Shown here: positions 50,193 to 58,809 of the stretch, one piece after another
Numbering within the stretch: the stretch's first letter is position 1
Layout of the letters: every line of letters starts with the position of its first letter
Program-made: the position numbers and the translations under genes
Source of the DNA: a virus
Lineage: Duplodnaviria > Caudoviricetes
Reading direction: 5' to 3' (one strand)
IMG/VR virus record: IMGVR_UViG_3300012045_000001
Coordinates: 1-60,024 of that record
DNA: 60,024 bases
Notes under the pieces: model-generated
Databases searched by the model: none
What the model was told of the DNA's origin: nothing
The model's input: only the letters and a program-made list of their open reading frames with translations

Positions 50193-50288
50193 AACCTCTC
50201 ATTGTATTGTCCTCGTATTCTCCTGTCTGGGGTTTTGCCATCAATAAAAGGCCTACGCAGGGGAGAGGCCTTTATGAATACTATCCTA

Positions 50289-50966
50289 TTACCCGCCTTT
50301 TTTGATAGTGGACAGAACTCTGTCCAGCTTATCGTTAAGGGCCTTCTGATTGTCCCCCAAGGTCTGCATCCCTTGAATCAGTTGTTCGTTTAACTGCTGT
50401 TGGTCTGCACCGTCCGAGCCGTCGAGCAAGTCGGTCACTGTCCCTAAGCCTGGGACTACCGAACCTCCTATACGAGCAATGTTAAGATAACGCTTCGGGT
50501 CTTTCCAGTTCTTCCCGCCGAGCATCTTGCCTAAGCCTGCGAACTGGGCCGGAGCGGTTGCCAGTGATTGCAGTCCGTCCTTGCCCAAGCCAGTTGAAAG
50601 GCTTGCTGAGGCCCAGAGAGCGTTGGATTGAATCTTACCACGGGAGTTGATGTAGTTAATCAATACCGGAATCAAGGCCAGAAGCGGCCCAACAACGGTG
50701 ATAACATTCTGAATCATCACGTAAAGATTCTCTACATCACTGCTCGAATACTTAAATCCGACTGCGGACAGGATAAGAGCGGCGAATGAGAAGACGGCCG
50801 TTAATTGGCCCTGACTCGTCCTAAATCCTGGTTTCGGGGCCAGTTGTGGCAAATCGAGCGGTTTCGACTCTAAAAGCGCACCTTTAGGGCCAGTTTCGTT
50901 CATTCCTTCGTCAAATGCTTCGACTTGTCCCTCATCTGGGCCGTTTATGTTGTTTGTTGGTGTCAT
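50289..50966 (-). CDS. putative holin
   Basis: Two TM segments, KPGFRTS motif, adjacent to endolysin. Confidence 0.55.
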   Translation of the reverse strand: MTPTNNINGPDEGQVEAFDEGMNETGPKGALLESKPLDLPQLAPKPGFRTSQGQLTAVFSFAALILSAVGFKYSSSDVENLYVMIQNVITVVGPLLALIPVLINYINSRGKIQSNALWASASLSTGLGKDGLQSLATAPAQFAGLGKMLGGKNWKDPKRYLNIARIGGSVVPGLGTVTDLLDGSDGADQQQLNEQLIQGMQTLGDNQKALNDKLDRVLSTIKKGG

Positions 50967-50969
50967 AAA

Positions 50970-51671
50970 TTACTCCTTGACCAGTAGTGTCTGGCCGACA
51001 TAAATGTTGGTTGAAGGCGATTCCATACCATTGAGGGCCTTCAATTTCTCAATAGTAGTTGCGTATTGTCTGGCGATGCCGTATAAAGTGTCTCCATTTT
51101 TAACGTGATGACTGACGGCCTCACTTAATAAAACACCGGAAGTCGTCGTCCTGCGGCTCGAATAGTCGTTGAATAAGGCCCAGAACTGGGCGAATGGCCA
51201 GTCCCTCGGGTCGGAACGTGAACCATCGGTAATGATTCGGGCGTGAGTGGTAATATCGGATTTGTCCAGTTTGAAGGTCTCGCACAACTGGGCGCAAAGG
51301 ATAGCCACGGCCTTGACTTGTTCGACTGGCCACTTAGGTATCAAGGACATCTTGGCCTTCTGGACAATCTCGATGCCGATACAATAACGGGTAACATCCT
51401 GATTGCTGAGGCCCTTAAAGGACGTTGCTCGTCCGGCGTGATATGTGTAATTATGTTCGAGGTCTGGATTAAGCTGATAAACTTTGCCGTCCCTTTCGAC
51501 AGTGAAATCCACGGACACCTTTCGGCCATCGCCGCTAGGGTCAGCGAGATATTTGGTATCGCCGTGTGTCCCACTTCCCGCAGTGTCGTGGAGGATTATT
51601 CCCTTGACTTTTCTCTTTCCAGAGAGACGGCCCAGGAACTTGGCCGTAAGTTCGCGTTTTGCTGTAATCAT
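50970..51671 (-). CDS. endolysin: Amidase_2 plus LysM
   Basis: IILHDT, YHAG, IGIE, TTH..SDP; HHVKNGDTLYGIARQY LysM. Confidence 0.92.
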   Translation of the reverse strand: MITAKRELTAKFLGRLSGKRKVKGIILHDTAGSGTHGDTKYLADPSGDGRKVSVDFTVERDGKVYQLNPDLEHNYTYHAGRATSFKGLSNQDVTRYCIGIEIVQKAKMSLIPKWPVEQVKAVAILCAQLCETFKLDKSDITTHARIITDGSRSDPRDWPFAQFWALFNDYSSRRTTTSGVLLSEAVSHHVKNGDTLYGIARQYATTIEKLKALNGMESPSTNIYVGQTLLVKE

Positions 51672-51806
51672 TGATTTGTCTCCGGTTCTGGTTGGATTGA
51701 GTCTTTCCAAAAGGGGCCTGCTGATAAGAGCGGGAATGAACGACACCCGACTTAATAACAGGCCCTAAAGGAAAGAACCGTGTGGCCAAGGCCGCCACTT
51801 AAATTG

Positions 51807-51836
51807 ACCTTACCAGTAATCTACGGTTAATGTCAA
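51807..51836 (-). promoter_or_regulatory. promoter for lysis/fibre/terminase operon
   Basis: TTGACA-N18-TAAGGT. Confidence 0.65.
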
Positions 51837-51879
51837 GCAAATAAACGATAATGTCCCAGAAGTCCCCGATTATGTGGGC

Positions 51880-52410
51880 TTTTTCGTGTGTTCTCGCTTC
51901 CTGCGCGTGAGCCTGCGGGTGTGCCTGCTCGTGTATATGCGCGTGAGAGATACGGCCAATTTGTGTGATATGACCCTTTTATTGTGCGCTCGGACATTTA
52001 CAAAACGGCAAACTTTTGGAGATTGGAAAATTGGGGAGGTATCTGGAATTTGGCAGGCCAAACTTTTGGAGATTGGAAAATTGGGAATGTATCTTTAATT
52101 CGGTTACGTGGCCCCTGTCCCTTATCGCTTGCTCGGTTACATTCGGGCGCGTTCATACAGACGCACACGCACACATATACGCGCATAACACGCGCCTGTT
52201 CTAGTCTTCGCGCACGGGCGCACATACACACGCGCCCACTTCATTCAGTCGCCAGCCAAATGTGTGTGCCTGCGTATGCGCTTGCGTGTTCCTGTCTTCG
52301 CGTGTGCGCGTGTCGTATGCGCGTGTTCCTGTCTTCGCGCCCGTGTGCATACGCACGTCGCGCCCGTGCGTAAGAGTAGGATTACACGGGCGCACGTCGC
52401 ACACGCGCCC
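51880..52410. repeat. alternating purine-pyrimidine low-complexity tract with a 50 bp-period direct repeat
   Basis: (CA/CG/TG)n-rich; CAAACTTTTGGAGATTGGAAAATTGGG at 52009-52035 and 52059-52085. Confidence 0.8.
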
Positions 52411-52458
52411 GTTAAGAATGGATAGGCTGGGCTTTTGTCCCTTTGCTAAGTGGTTTAA

Positions 52459-52711
52459 TATCAACAGTTTAGCTATTATCACTTTCTTTGTTACAATCTT
52501 TGTCAGTCTAAAGCCCAATGAATACGGGCGTTTCAAGGCAGTTTGACAAAGTTTGTCAGTTCAAAGTGCCGTTTATTGTTACTTTTCGACGGTCAAGGCA
52601 AGGTTTGTGCCTCTCTAAAGTGTTGATTCTATTACACTTACAGGCGTTCCTTTAGTTTTACTCAATAAAACCGATGTAGCCAGTCATAAGTCTATTGTTT
52701 TCAACACTTTG
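52459..52711. promoter_or_regulatory. IHF-like sites and palindromic enhancer-like boxes
   Basis: WATCAAN4TTR at 52459-52471 (+) and 52616-52628 (-), near match 52699-52711; TGACAAAGTTTGTCA 52544-52558, variant 52491-52505. Confidence 0.55.
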
Positions 52712-52717
52712 CAACTG

Positions 52718-52733
52718 TGGCACGGCGACTGCA
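52718..52733 (+). promoter_or_regulatory. sigma54 (-24/-12) promoter
   Basis: TGGCACG-GCGA-CTGCA versus consensus TGGCACG-N4-TTGCW. Confidence 0.6.
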
Positions 52734-52744
52734 TTAGAACAAAC

Positions 52745-53660
52745 CGACAGCAACGGTGCTACTGGCTAACCCCGACACACAGCACGGTTGCGGACAACTT
52801 GTTAAACAGCAAACACAGTGGCGCGATAAGTTCTTTCGCGTATTCGGTAGATTAACGTCTGTGCGGAGGCTTAGAGTTGTCCCTAGCAAAGCGAAAAGAC
52901 ATACAAAGCACACGCATAACGCGGTTTAATTACCCCCTTGCGACTGGTCAACCCCGATATGTGCCTCTGTCCCTAGCGAAAATGCACAGATAGCAACGCG
53001 GTATCGAGTCCGCACGGCTGGAAGTGTGAGCATCTTTGGCGAAATTCAGGCTTAATTGCCCGTCTGCTCTAGGGACAAACGCGAGATGTAGATATTTGAC
53101 AACAAAAACACACACGCAACAAAGGCGCGGAGTGTATGCGAAACGGGACAACTATGCACGAAAGGTGTCCCACAGGAAAGCCGGAAAGCGGGCGTTGTGA
53201 AACGCCCAACAGTCAAGCACACAAAGGCGATTAGTGGGACATATCGGGAAAGGCGAAAGCGAAAGCACGACTGCAAGGGACGCATAACACAGGGACACGC
53301 GAACAGACGGCGGCGAGGGACAAGATACAAACGGCGGCAGTATGTCAGGGGACTAATCACAAGATTACTTGGGTGTGAAATATAAGCGGGTCAAGGGGAA
53401 CGTCTGAAACGGCAGTTATCCTAACAGGTGAGGCACAATAGCGTGAGCGTGTCCCTTTCCCGCAAAGCTAACGGGGTAACATCCCGCATAATGCGAATAA
53501 GCGCATTATAAACTTCCTTCCCGTGAAACGGAAGGGACATTTGAGCCTTTTGACTTTGTGGTAGTCCCAGTGAGCATCAAAAGGTTGAAATGTCCCTAAC
53601 CGGACATATACGCTTAGGCGTGAAATAACACTTGCCCCGCGTGTGGCTTAAAATACACGC
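52745..53660 (+). ncRNA. candidate large structured non-coding RNA or leader
   Basis: No credible ORF; many hairpins, GNRA loops and long-range helices. Confidence 0.5.
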
Positions 53661-53670
53661 TCTAAACACA

Positions 53671-54528
53671 ATGAAATCAACGAATAACAACGCAAAAATG
53701 ACCTTAACCGCAACCGAATTACAAGCAATTATCGCGTCCGCAGTAGCCAGCGCGTTATCACAATCGAGTGTCCCAGCCACGAGCGCGAAACTCGTGTCCC
53801 GTGTGCCTGTCGCCCCGATGGTGAAATCGCCCACGAAATCGCCCGTGAAATCAGTCCCGCAACCGACCGCAAGCGCAGAAGTTGACCCCAACGAAATCCG
53901 CATCGGCATCACGGCTGGGATGGTTGCCAACCGCTTGAAATTCCCGTCCCGTATCTTCGACCGCAACGGCGTAGCGTATGTGGACGGCGTGAAATACACC
54001 GCACAGCCGAATGACCAAAACCGTAGCACGAAAATTGGCGTTGGGACATACGGGCTGAAAGAGGGACAAACGCTTATCGTGTCCCGCGAAAATCCTCGCT
54101 CGAACAAGTGGGCGACGAAAGTGAGTGGCAAAGGCGTTGCAAGTGTCCCAGCCGTCGTCGCTCGTGTCGCTCCTGCGAAATCCGCGCCGAAAGTGTCCCT
54201 CACGCAAATTGCCGCTAAAATCGCTCCGAAAGCGGTCAAAGCCGCTCCGGTCAAAGCGGTAACGGAAAAAGAGGCGTATGTGCCTGTGTTCAACCGTGCG
54301 GACGCTATGAACATCAAGTCCCTGATTGCCGCAACAGCGAAACTCGCGCTGGCTGGTTACGGTGCGGGTGTTGAAAACACGAACTTGCTCCCAATCGAGG
54401 GACTTGAAGCTGACGCTCGTGTGTTCTTGTCCAGCCGTGAATCGTCGGCTTTCCGCTCGGCGCGTAAGAAACTGGGCGTGTCCCTTCGCAAAGCAGTCGA
54501 AATGCTGAATGATGAAGTGTATGGTTAG
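53671..54528 (+). CDS. first early-block protein: possible DNA-binding domain flanked by K/A/P/V-rich linkers
   Basis: Long ORF, terminator downstream; no clear SD. Confidence 0.7.
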   Translation: MKSTNNNAKMTLTATELQAIIASAVASALSQSSVPATSAKLVSRVPVAPMVKSPTKSPVKSVPQPTASAEVDPNEIRIGITAGMVANRLKFPSRIFDRNGVAYVDGVKYTAQPNDQNRSTKIGVGTYGLKEGQTLIVSRENPRSNKWATKVSGKGVASVPAVVARVAPAKSAPKVSLTQIAAKIAPKAVKAAPVKAVTEKEAYVPVFNRADAMNIKSLIAATAKLALAGYGAGVENTNLLPIEGLEADARVFLSSRESSAFRSARKKLGVSLRKAVEMLNDEVYG

Positions 54529-54564
54529 TATTACCGTAGTATGGTTAGTATTACCGTAGTATGG
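54519..54564. repeat. 20 bp tandem repeat (2.3 copies)
   Basis: GTATGGTTAGTATTACCGTA x2 plus GTATGG. Confidence 0.9.
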
Positions 54565-54594
54565 CTAATCGCAAGCGTAAGGCGTGTGTAATCT

Positions 54595-54625
54595 GGGACA
54601 GTGCCTTTGACTGTCCCTTTCTTTT
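54595..54625 (+). terminator. intrinsic terminator
   Basis: GGGACAGT/ACTGTCCC stem plus T tract. Confidence 0.7.
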
Positions 54626-54655
54626 GTGTCCCTAATCTGAAATGGAGTGTGCATA

Positions 54656-54981
54656 ATGAAAAAGCGAGTCAAACCAACGCTTAAAAGCGAAATGAGAGTT
54701 GTAACAAGTCCCAGCACGTTTGCATACGGACAAACGGCGAAATTCGGCAAGCCTGCGATGATCCTGCGATGATGGCAAGCGAACAAGCGAAACGTGATGA
54801 GGCGAAACGGGTGTCCCTGCTACGTGCATCGCAGTATGCGTATGAGCAGGAACAGCAAATTGCTAAAGAGATGGTTGGATATGACTGGGACAATGTTCAC
54901 GGCATACTTACACAGGCAAAAGGCACGATGTCCCTTGAGCGGGCTAAAGAACTCAGTTTGTTTATCAAAGGAGCGAAATAA
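54656..54981 (+). pseudogene. ORF split by an 11 bp tandem duplication
   Basis: CCTGCGATGAT x2 (54752-54773); removing one copy fuses MKKRVKP... with MMASEQ... Confidence 0.6.
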
Positions 54982-55169
54982 TGAAAGGACTACTCGTATT
55001 TGCAATAATCGTGGGACTGGCGTTCTGGGCTTTCGGCTCGTTCGCACAATCCGTAATCACAAACCAAACCGTCGTTCGTAACGCGAATGATGCGAAACTG
55101 TCCCAGTGCGTAAGCGCAGGGGCATCAACCGAAACCGAATGTCTGTTAGCACAATTAGGAGCGAAATAG
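54981..55169 (+). CDS. small secreted/membrane protein
   Basis: Signal-like N-terminus; RBS. Confidence 0.6.
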   Translation: MKGLLVFAIIVGLAFWAFGSFAQSVITNQTVVRNANDAKLSQCVSAGASTETECLLAQLGAK

Positions 55170-55413
55170 TATGTATAAACACGAAAAAGCGGGACTGATA
55201 GCGTTAATCGTAACGCTTATGTGGCTGGTGAGCCTGTTGGCTTGCTTTGCCCGATGAAACAATTCAGACACACCAATCGAGTGTCCCAGCAGGATAGGGA
55301 CACGAAACGTAATACGAAACAGGACAGACGAGCGCGAAGGCTCGTGATACAAGCACTGTCCCAGTATCGTCGGCAATTAACGAAACTAACACAGATAAAT
55401 GGAGGACAAACAA

Positions 55414-55692
55414 ATGATAGTAGTATGCACACGACGACCGCAGGTTGAAATCACAGATGCACCGGAACAAACTCACAGCAAACCGCGTAGCATCAAAGTC
55501 ATCAAAGCTGGGACACATAAAGCAGTCCCGACTCCCACGTTAGACGCGAAACCCAAGCGCATACCAGACAGCGAAATCCGTGAGTCTTGGGTCAAAGCCA
55601 AAAACGAATCGAAATCAAGTGCCTATCGGATAGCGATGGCTTTCTTCTTCGATGTCCCAGATGTATCAATGCAGACAATAGGAGCGAAATAA
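55414..55692 (+). CDS. hypothetical protein
   Basis: GGAGG RBS. Confidence 0.6.
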   Translation: MIVVCTRRPQVEITDAPEQTHSKPRSIKVIKAGTHKAVPTPTLDAKPKRIPDSEIRESWVKAKNESKSSAYRIAMAFFFDVPDVSMQTIGAK

Positions 55693-56228
55693 TGAACGAA
55701 CAAACAACAAATTCAATGTGCGTATCGTGTGAGACGATATTTAACAAGTCCGGCGCGAGATGCGGGACACAATGCCCAGTGTGTCGTGGGACAGTGCGGG
55801 AAGTTTTAACCGGAGTGATTGATAATAACTCAGTCCCGCACATCTGGGACGAACTCGGAAGCGGGAACGAAATCAATCTGGACTACGAGAACGCGCTTCG
55901 AGAACACAAACTCGAATGCGGCGAAGACGAGTCGTGCGCCGAGCGTGGACACGAGGACTGGAATGACGAGTATGAGTCCCAATCGGATACGATGCTGATT
56001 GGGGACTGGGCTAAGGACTCGGACGGTGATTATGTCCCAATCGTGAATGGGGACAAAGGGTATGCCGCGATAGTCCGCGAGTCGGTGTCCCAAGTGGTCT
56101 GGTCAAGAGCGATTGCGAAACGGAAATCAATGTGTAGTCCCTGCTATCCGATGCAAGCGGACTTGGACTCTGGGGATGGGACAATACCGTGCTATGCCTT
56201 CCCAGCCGATATGATGGAGGAAAACTAA
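55692..56228 (+). CDS. Cys-rich acidic hypothetical protein
   Basis: CxxC pairs; TAATG coupling. Confidence 0.65.
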   Translation: MNEQTTNSMCVSCETIFNKSGARCGTQCPVCRGTVREVLTGVIDNNSVPHIWDELGSGNEINLDYENALREHKLECGEDESCAERGHEDWNDEYESQSDTMLIGDWAKDSDGDYVPIVNGDKGYAAIVRESVSQVVWSRAIAKRKSMCSPCYPMQADLDSGDGTIPCYAFPADMMEEN

Positions 56229-56554
56229 TGAATCACGAAACTTACAGGGACTCAAGTAGAGGCGTATTCGAGCGGGTCAGCAAGCCGATTGCGAGACGTG
56301 CTTATAAGGAGGGACAGTCAATCTGGCTTGTCCCTTCGCACGTTGCTTTCAGCTTTAGCAATCAGTGGGTTGTCCCGTGCGAAATAAGCACGGCAAACGA
56401 CACGAACGACTCGACGGACTTTGACCGGACTGTGAACAACTACGAGTATTACAACTGTTGTTCGGAGTTAGGGACATACACGAGGTTTTTCATAGTGAGA
56501 CCGAAGGAGAGGAACGACCCGAAGGAGGGACAATTAAATGAAATACATAGTTGA
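56228..56554 (+). CDS. hypothetical protein
   Basis: GGAGG RBS; YEYYNC..ELG.Y. Confidence 0.65.
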   Translation: MNHETYRDSSRGVFERVSKPIARRAYKEGQSIWLVPSHVAFSFSNQWVVPCEISTANDTNDSTDFDRTVNNYEYYNCCSELGTYTRFFIVRPKERNDPKEGQLNEIHS

Positions 56555-56699
56555 AATCGAAGTGGACACTGACGCGCTCAGAGAGGCGCGGGGGGACACT
56601 GACGACGATAGCGTAATCGAAGCACTCGAAGCGGAGTTCGGCTGGCTTGCAGAATCCGGCATAACCGTTGTTTCGATTGACGAAAAGCACGATGTTTAA
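56538..56699 (+). CDS. small acidic protein (53 aa)
   Basis: AAGGAGG RBS; MKYIVEIEVD...; not in ORF track. Confidence 0.6.
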   Translation: MKYIVEIEVDTDALREARGDTDDDSVIEALEAEFGWLAESGITVVSIDEKHDV

Positions 56700-56766
56700 T
56701 GGCGAGTTGCAAAATGGCAACCAATGAGTTATAATGAGAAAACCAATCAGCTAAGGAGACAAACAA

Positions 56767-57366
56767 ATGAACAGTGAAACATACGACCGAGTGGGACACG
56801 CAATCACGCAGTCCCTTATACAGAGCGAGGACTTAACCAACATCATCGAATCCGATATGGCATCCGACGACGGGGACATCGCCTTCGGAATGGAAAACGA
56901 AGCGTTCGCGCTTATGGAAACCCTGTTTGCCAAGTTCGGCGCGGACTTAGGCGAGGACGGACTTCGAGAGTCGAATGTCCCAGAGCATAAGGCACTGACC
57001 GTGCTTATCGAATCTATGGGCATACCGGAAACATATCAGTTGTGCGAAGCAATCACGTATGTCCTGCTTGACCCAGAGCCAATGGATATACCGAGTGGGA
57101 CAGAGGGCGAAACATACTTCGACGGGACAGGGACGATATTCAAGTCCCTTGATGCTGACGGATGCGCTTCGTTTCGCAAGTGGGCGAGAGACAATTACAT
57201 CATCGGGGACGCATACCCGAAAGACATCTGGCATCCGGTTACGGTTAGCGAAATCGAAAAGATGAACTTTGAAGCGTTTGGCGAGGACGGGGACACCGTG
57301 AAAGCGGACGCGGATAATTACAACACCGAAGACGACAACGGGGACTGGACTCCAGTAAAGAGTTAG
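56767..57366 (+). CDS. acidic hypothetical protein
   Basis: TAAGGAG RBS. Confidence 0.7.
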   Translation: MNSETYDRVGHAITQSLIQSEDLTNIIESDMASDDGDIAFGMENEAFALMETLFAKFGADLGEDGLRESNVPEHKALTVLIESMGIPETYQLCEAITYVLLDPEPMDIPSGTEGETYFDGTGTIFKSLDADGCASFRKWARDNYIIGDAYPKDIWHPVTVSEIEKMNFEAFGEDGDTVKADADNYNTEDDNGDWTPVKS

Positions 57367-57499
57367 ACTGAGGATTGAGGGCGTAAGGGACACTATGAAC
57401 CTTGCGCCTTCATTCGTTTGTCTAAACGCAAACGGTTAGAATAAATCAGTCCCAAGTGCGGCTGGGACTTAATTGCCGCACATACAAGGACATACAATT

Positions 57500-58552
57500 A
57501 TGGCAACGAAGAAATTAAACGACGACCAGAAACGCGACCTCATCATTGACACGCTTGGTGAACTGGGACAAATGAGTCCGCAGGATTTGATGAGCCGCAC
57601 AGGGACAAAGGGAGCGGACATCAAACACATCGTCAAGGAACTCAAAGACGATGGGACAATGGTTATCAGTGGGAATTCGTGCAGGCTATCGGATGAAGCG
57701 CAAGCCGAATACGATAACGCGAAAGTTCCGGCTGTCCCAGTCAAAGTCAAAGCAAAACCGAAAGCCGCTCCAGTTGCGGCAGTTGCGACTGCGCCAGCTA
57801 AACCGTCAAAGCCGACGAAGGTTGTCCCAGTTGTCGAAGAAGACATACCGGAACTCGAATACGAACTCGAAGACGATGGGACAGGCGAACCGGAAGAAGA
57901 CGTGGACGAAATGATAAACGAATACAACGCGCTTCAAGCCAAGTCCCGCAAGAACAAAACCGAACAGGCGCGATACCAAACACTCGAAGAACGGCTTGAC
58001 GAGTTAGGCGTGTTTGACCCAGAGGAGGATGCAGATGGGAGCAGTAGCGTGGATGAAATGGAGGATGGGACAGGAACAGAGGGACTTGGAGAAGGCGACC
58101 TTGAAGGCTTCGATGATGAAACTGAGAGCGGAGGCGAAGGCGAAGATAGTCCCGAAGGCGACGAAGACCCCGACGCATTTGAAGACGACCACGATGACGA
58201 CTTCTCCGACGACCACGATTCAGACGAAGACGAAGACCCAGTGGAGGAGGAAGCTGTCCCAGCCAGACCGACTAAGGCGCAAGCTAAAGGGACTGCGAAA
58301 CCGAGTGCTGGAAAACCGAGTCCCAAAACGGCGAAAGTTGCCGGAGCAGGAAGTCGAGTAACCGACCCGCAAGCGGCGTTCTCAATGTCGTTCAAGCCGA
58401 TTGACACGCTGACCGATGACGAACTCGAAACCCGCATCGAATCCGCGACCGAAGCGGCTGAGATGTTATCGGGACAGGGACACGAGGACGTTGCCGAAAT
58501 GCTGATGCGCTCCGTAGCCAAAGCAAGAAAGCAACTAAACAAACGCTCATAG
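57500..58552 (+). CDS. winged-helix protein with long acidic region
   Basis: IIDTLGELGQMSPQDLMSRTG...IVKELKDDG wHTH pattern; D/E-rich middle. Confidence 0.7.
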   Translation: MATKKLNDDQKRDLIIDTLGELGQMSPQDLMSRTGTKGADIKHIVKELKDDGTMVISGNSCRLSDEAQAEYDNAKVPAVPVKVKAKPKAAPVAAVATAPAKPSKPTKVVPVVEEDIPELEYELEDDGTGEPEEDVDEMINEYNALQAKSRKNKTEQARYQTLEERLDELGVFDPEEDADGSSSVDEMEDGTGTEGLGEGDLEGFDDETESGGEGEDSPEGDEDPDAFEDDHDDDFSDDHDSDEDEDPVEEEAVPARPTKAQAKGTAKPSAGKPSPKTAKVAGAGSRVTDPQAAFSMSFKPIDTLTDDELETRIESATEAAEMLSGQGHEDVAEMLMRSVAKARKQLNKRS

Positions 58553-58565
58553 CCGAGCAAGGACT

Positions 58566-58601
58566 GGGACAGCCGCACATCATACTGCGGCTGTCCCTTT
58601 T
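58566..58601 (+). terminator. intrinsic terminator
   Basis: GGGACAGCCGCA/TGCGGCTGTCCC 12 bp stem plus TTTT. Confidence 0.75.
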
Positions 58602-58617
58602 ACATAGGAGAAACAAA

Positions 58618-58788
58618 ATGACAGCATACGTTATAGTGGGACAGGATTACGGGACACAGGAAACAAACTGCTTCGGTGTATTCAGCGACCGAGAGAAAGC
58701 TGACATTGCACTGGGACATCTTAAAGACGATGAAACGGGCGTTGACTTGCAGATTATTGAGATGACGGTCAACGAGGAAGTAATTTAA
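58618..58788 (+). CDS. small hypothetical protein (56 aa)
   Basis: AGGAG RBS; FGVFSDREKA; not in ORF track. Confidence 0.6.
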   Translation: MTAYVIVGQDYGTQETNCFGVFSDREKADIALGHLKDDETGVDLQIIEMTVNEEVI

Positions 58789-58809
58789 CACTGGAGGGAC
58801 ACAAAGCAA

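Noticed and set aside
51870-53385. ORFs listed in the RY tract and non-coding region
   Set aside because: Low-complexity C/R/V/A translations without RBS, likely spurious
52745-53660. Group I/II intron, RNase P, tmRNA or tRNA identity for the structured region
   Set aside because: No recognisable domain V, P7, RNase P P4 or cloverleaf motifs by eye, and no interrupted gene flanks it
52009-54564. CRISPR-like array from the short direct repeats
   Set aside because: Only two copies of each repeat, no series of unique spacers, no cas genes
57500-57700. Z-alpha domain binding the RY tract
   Set aside because: Lacks the conserved N/Y and P-P-x-W residues; only a generic wHTH is supportable
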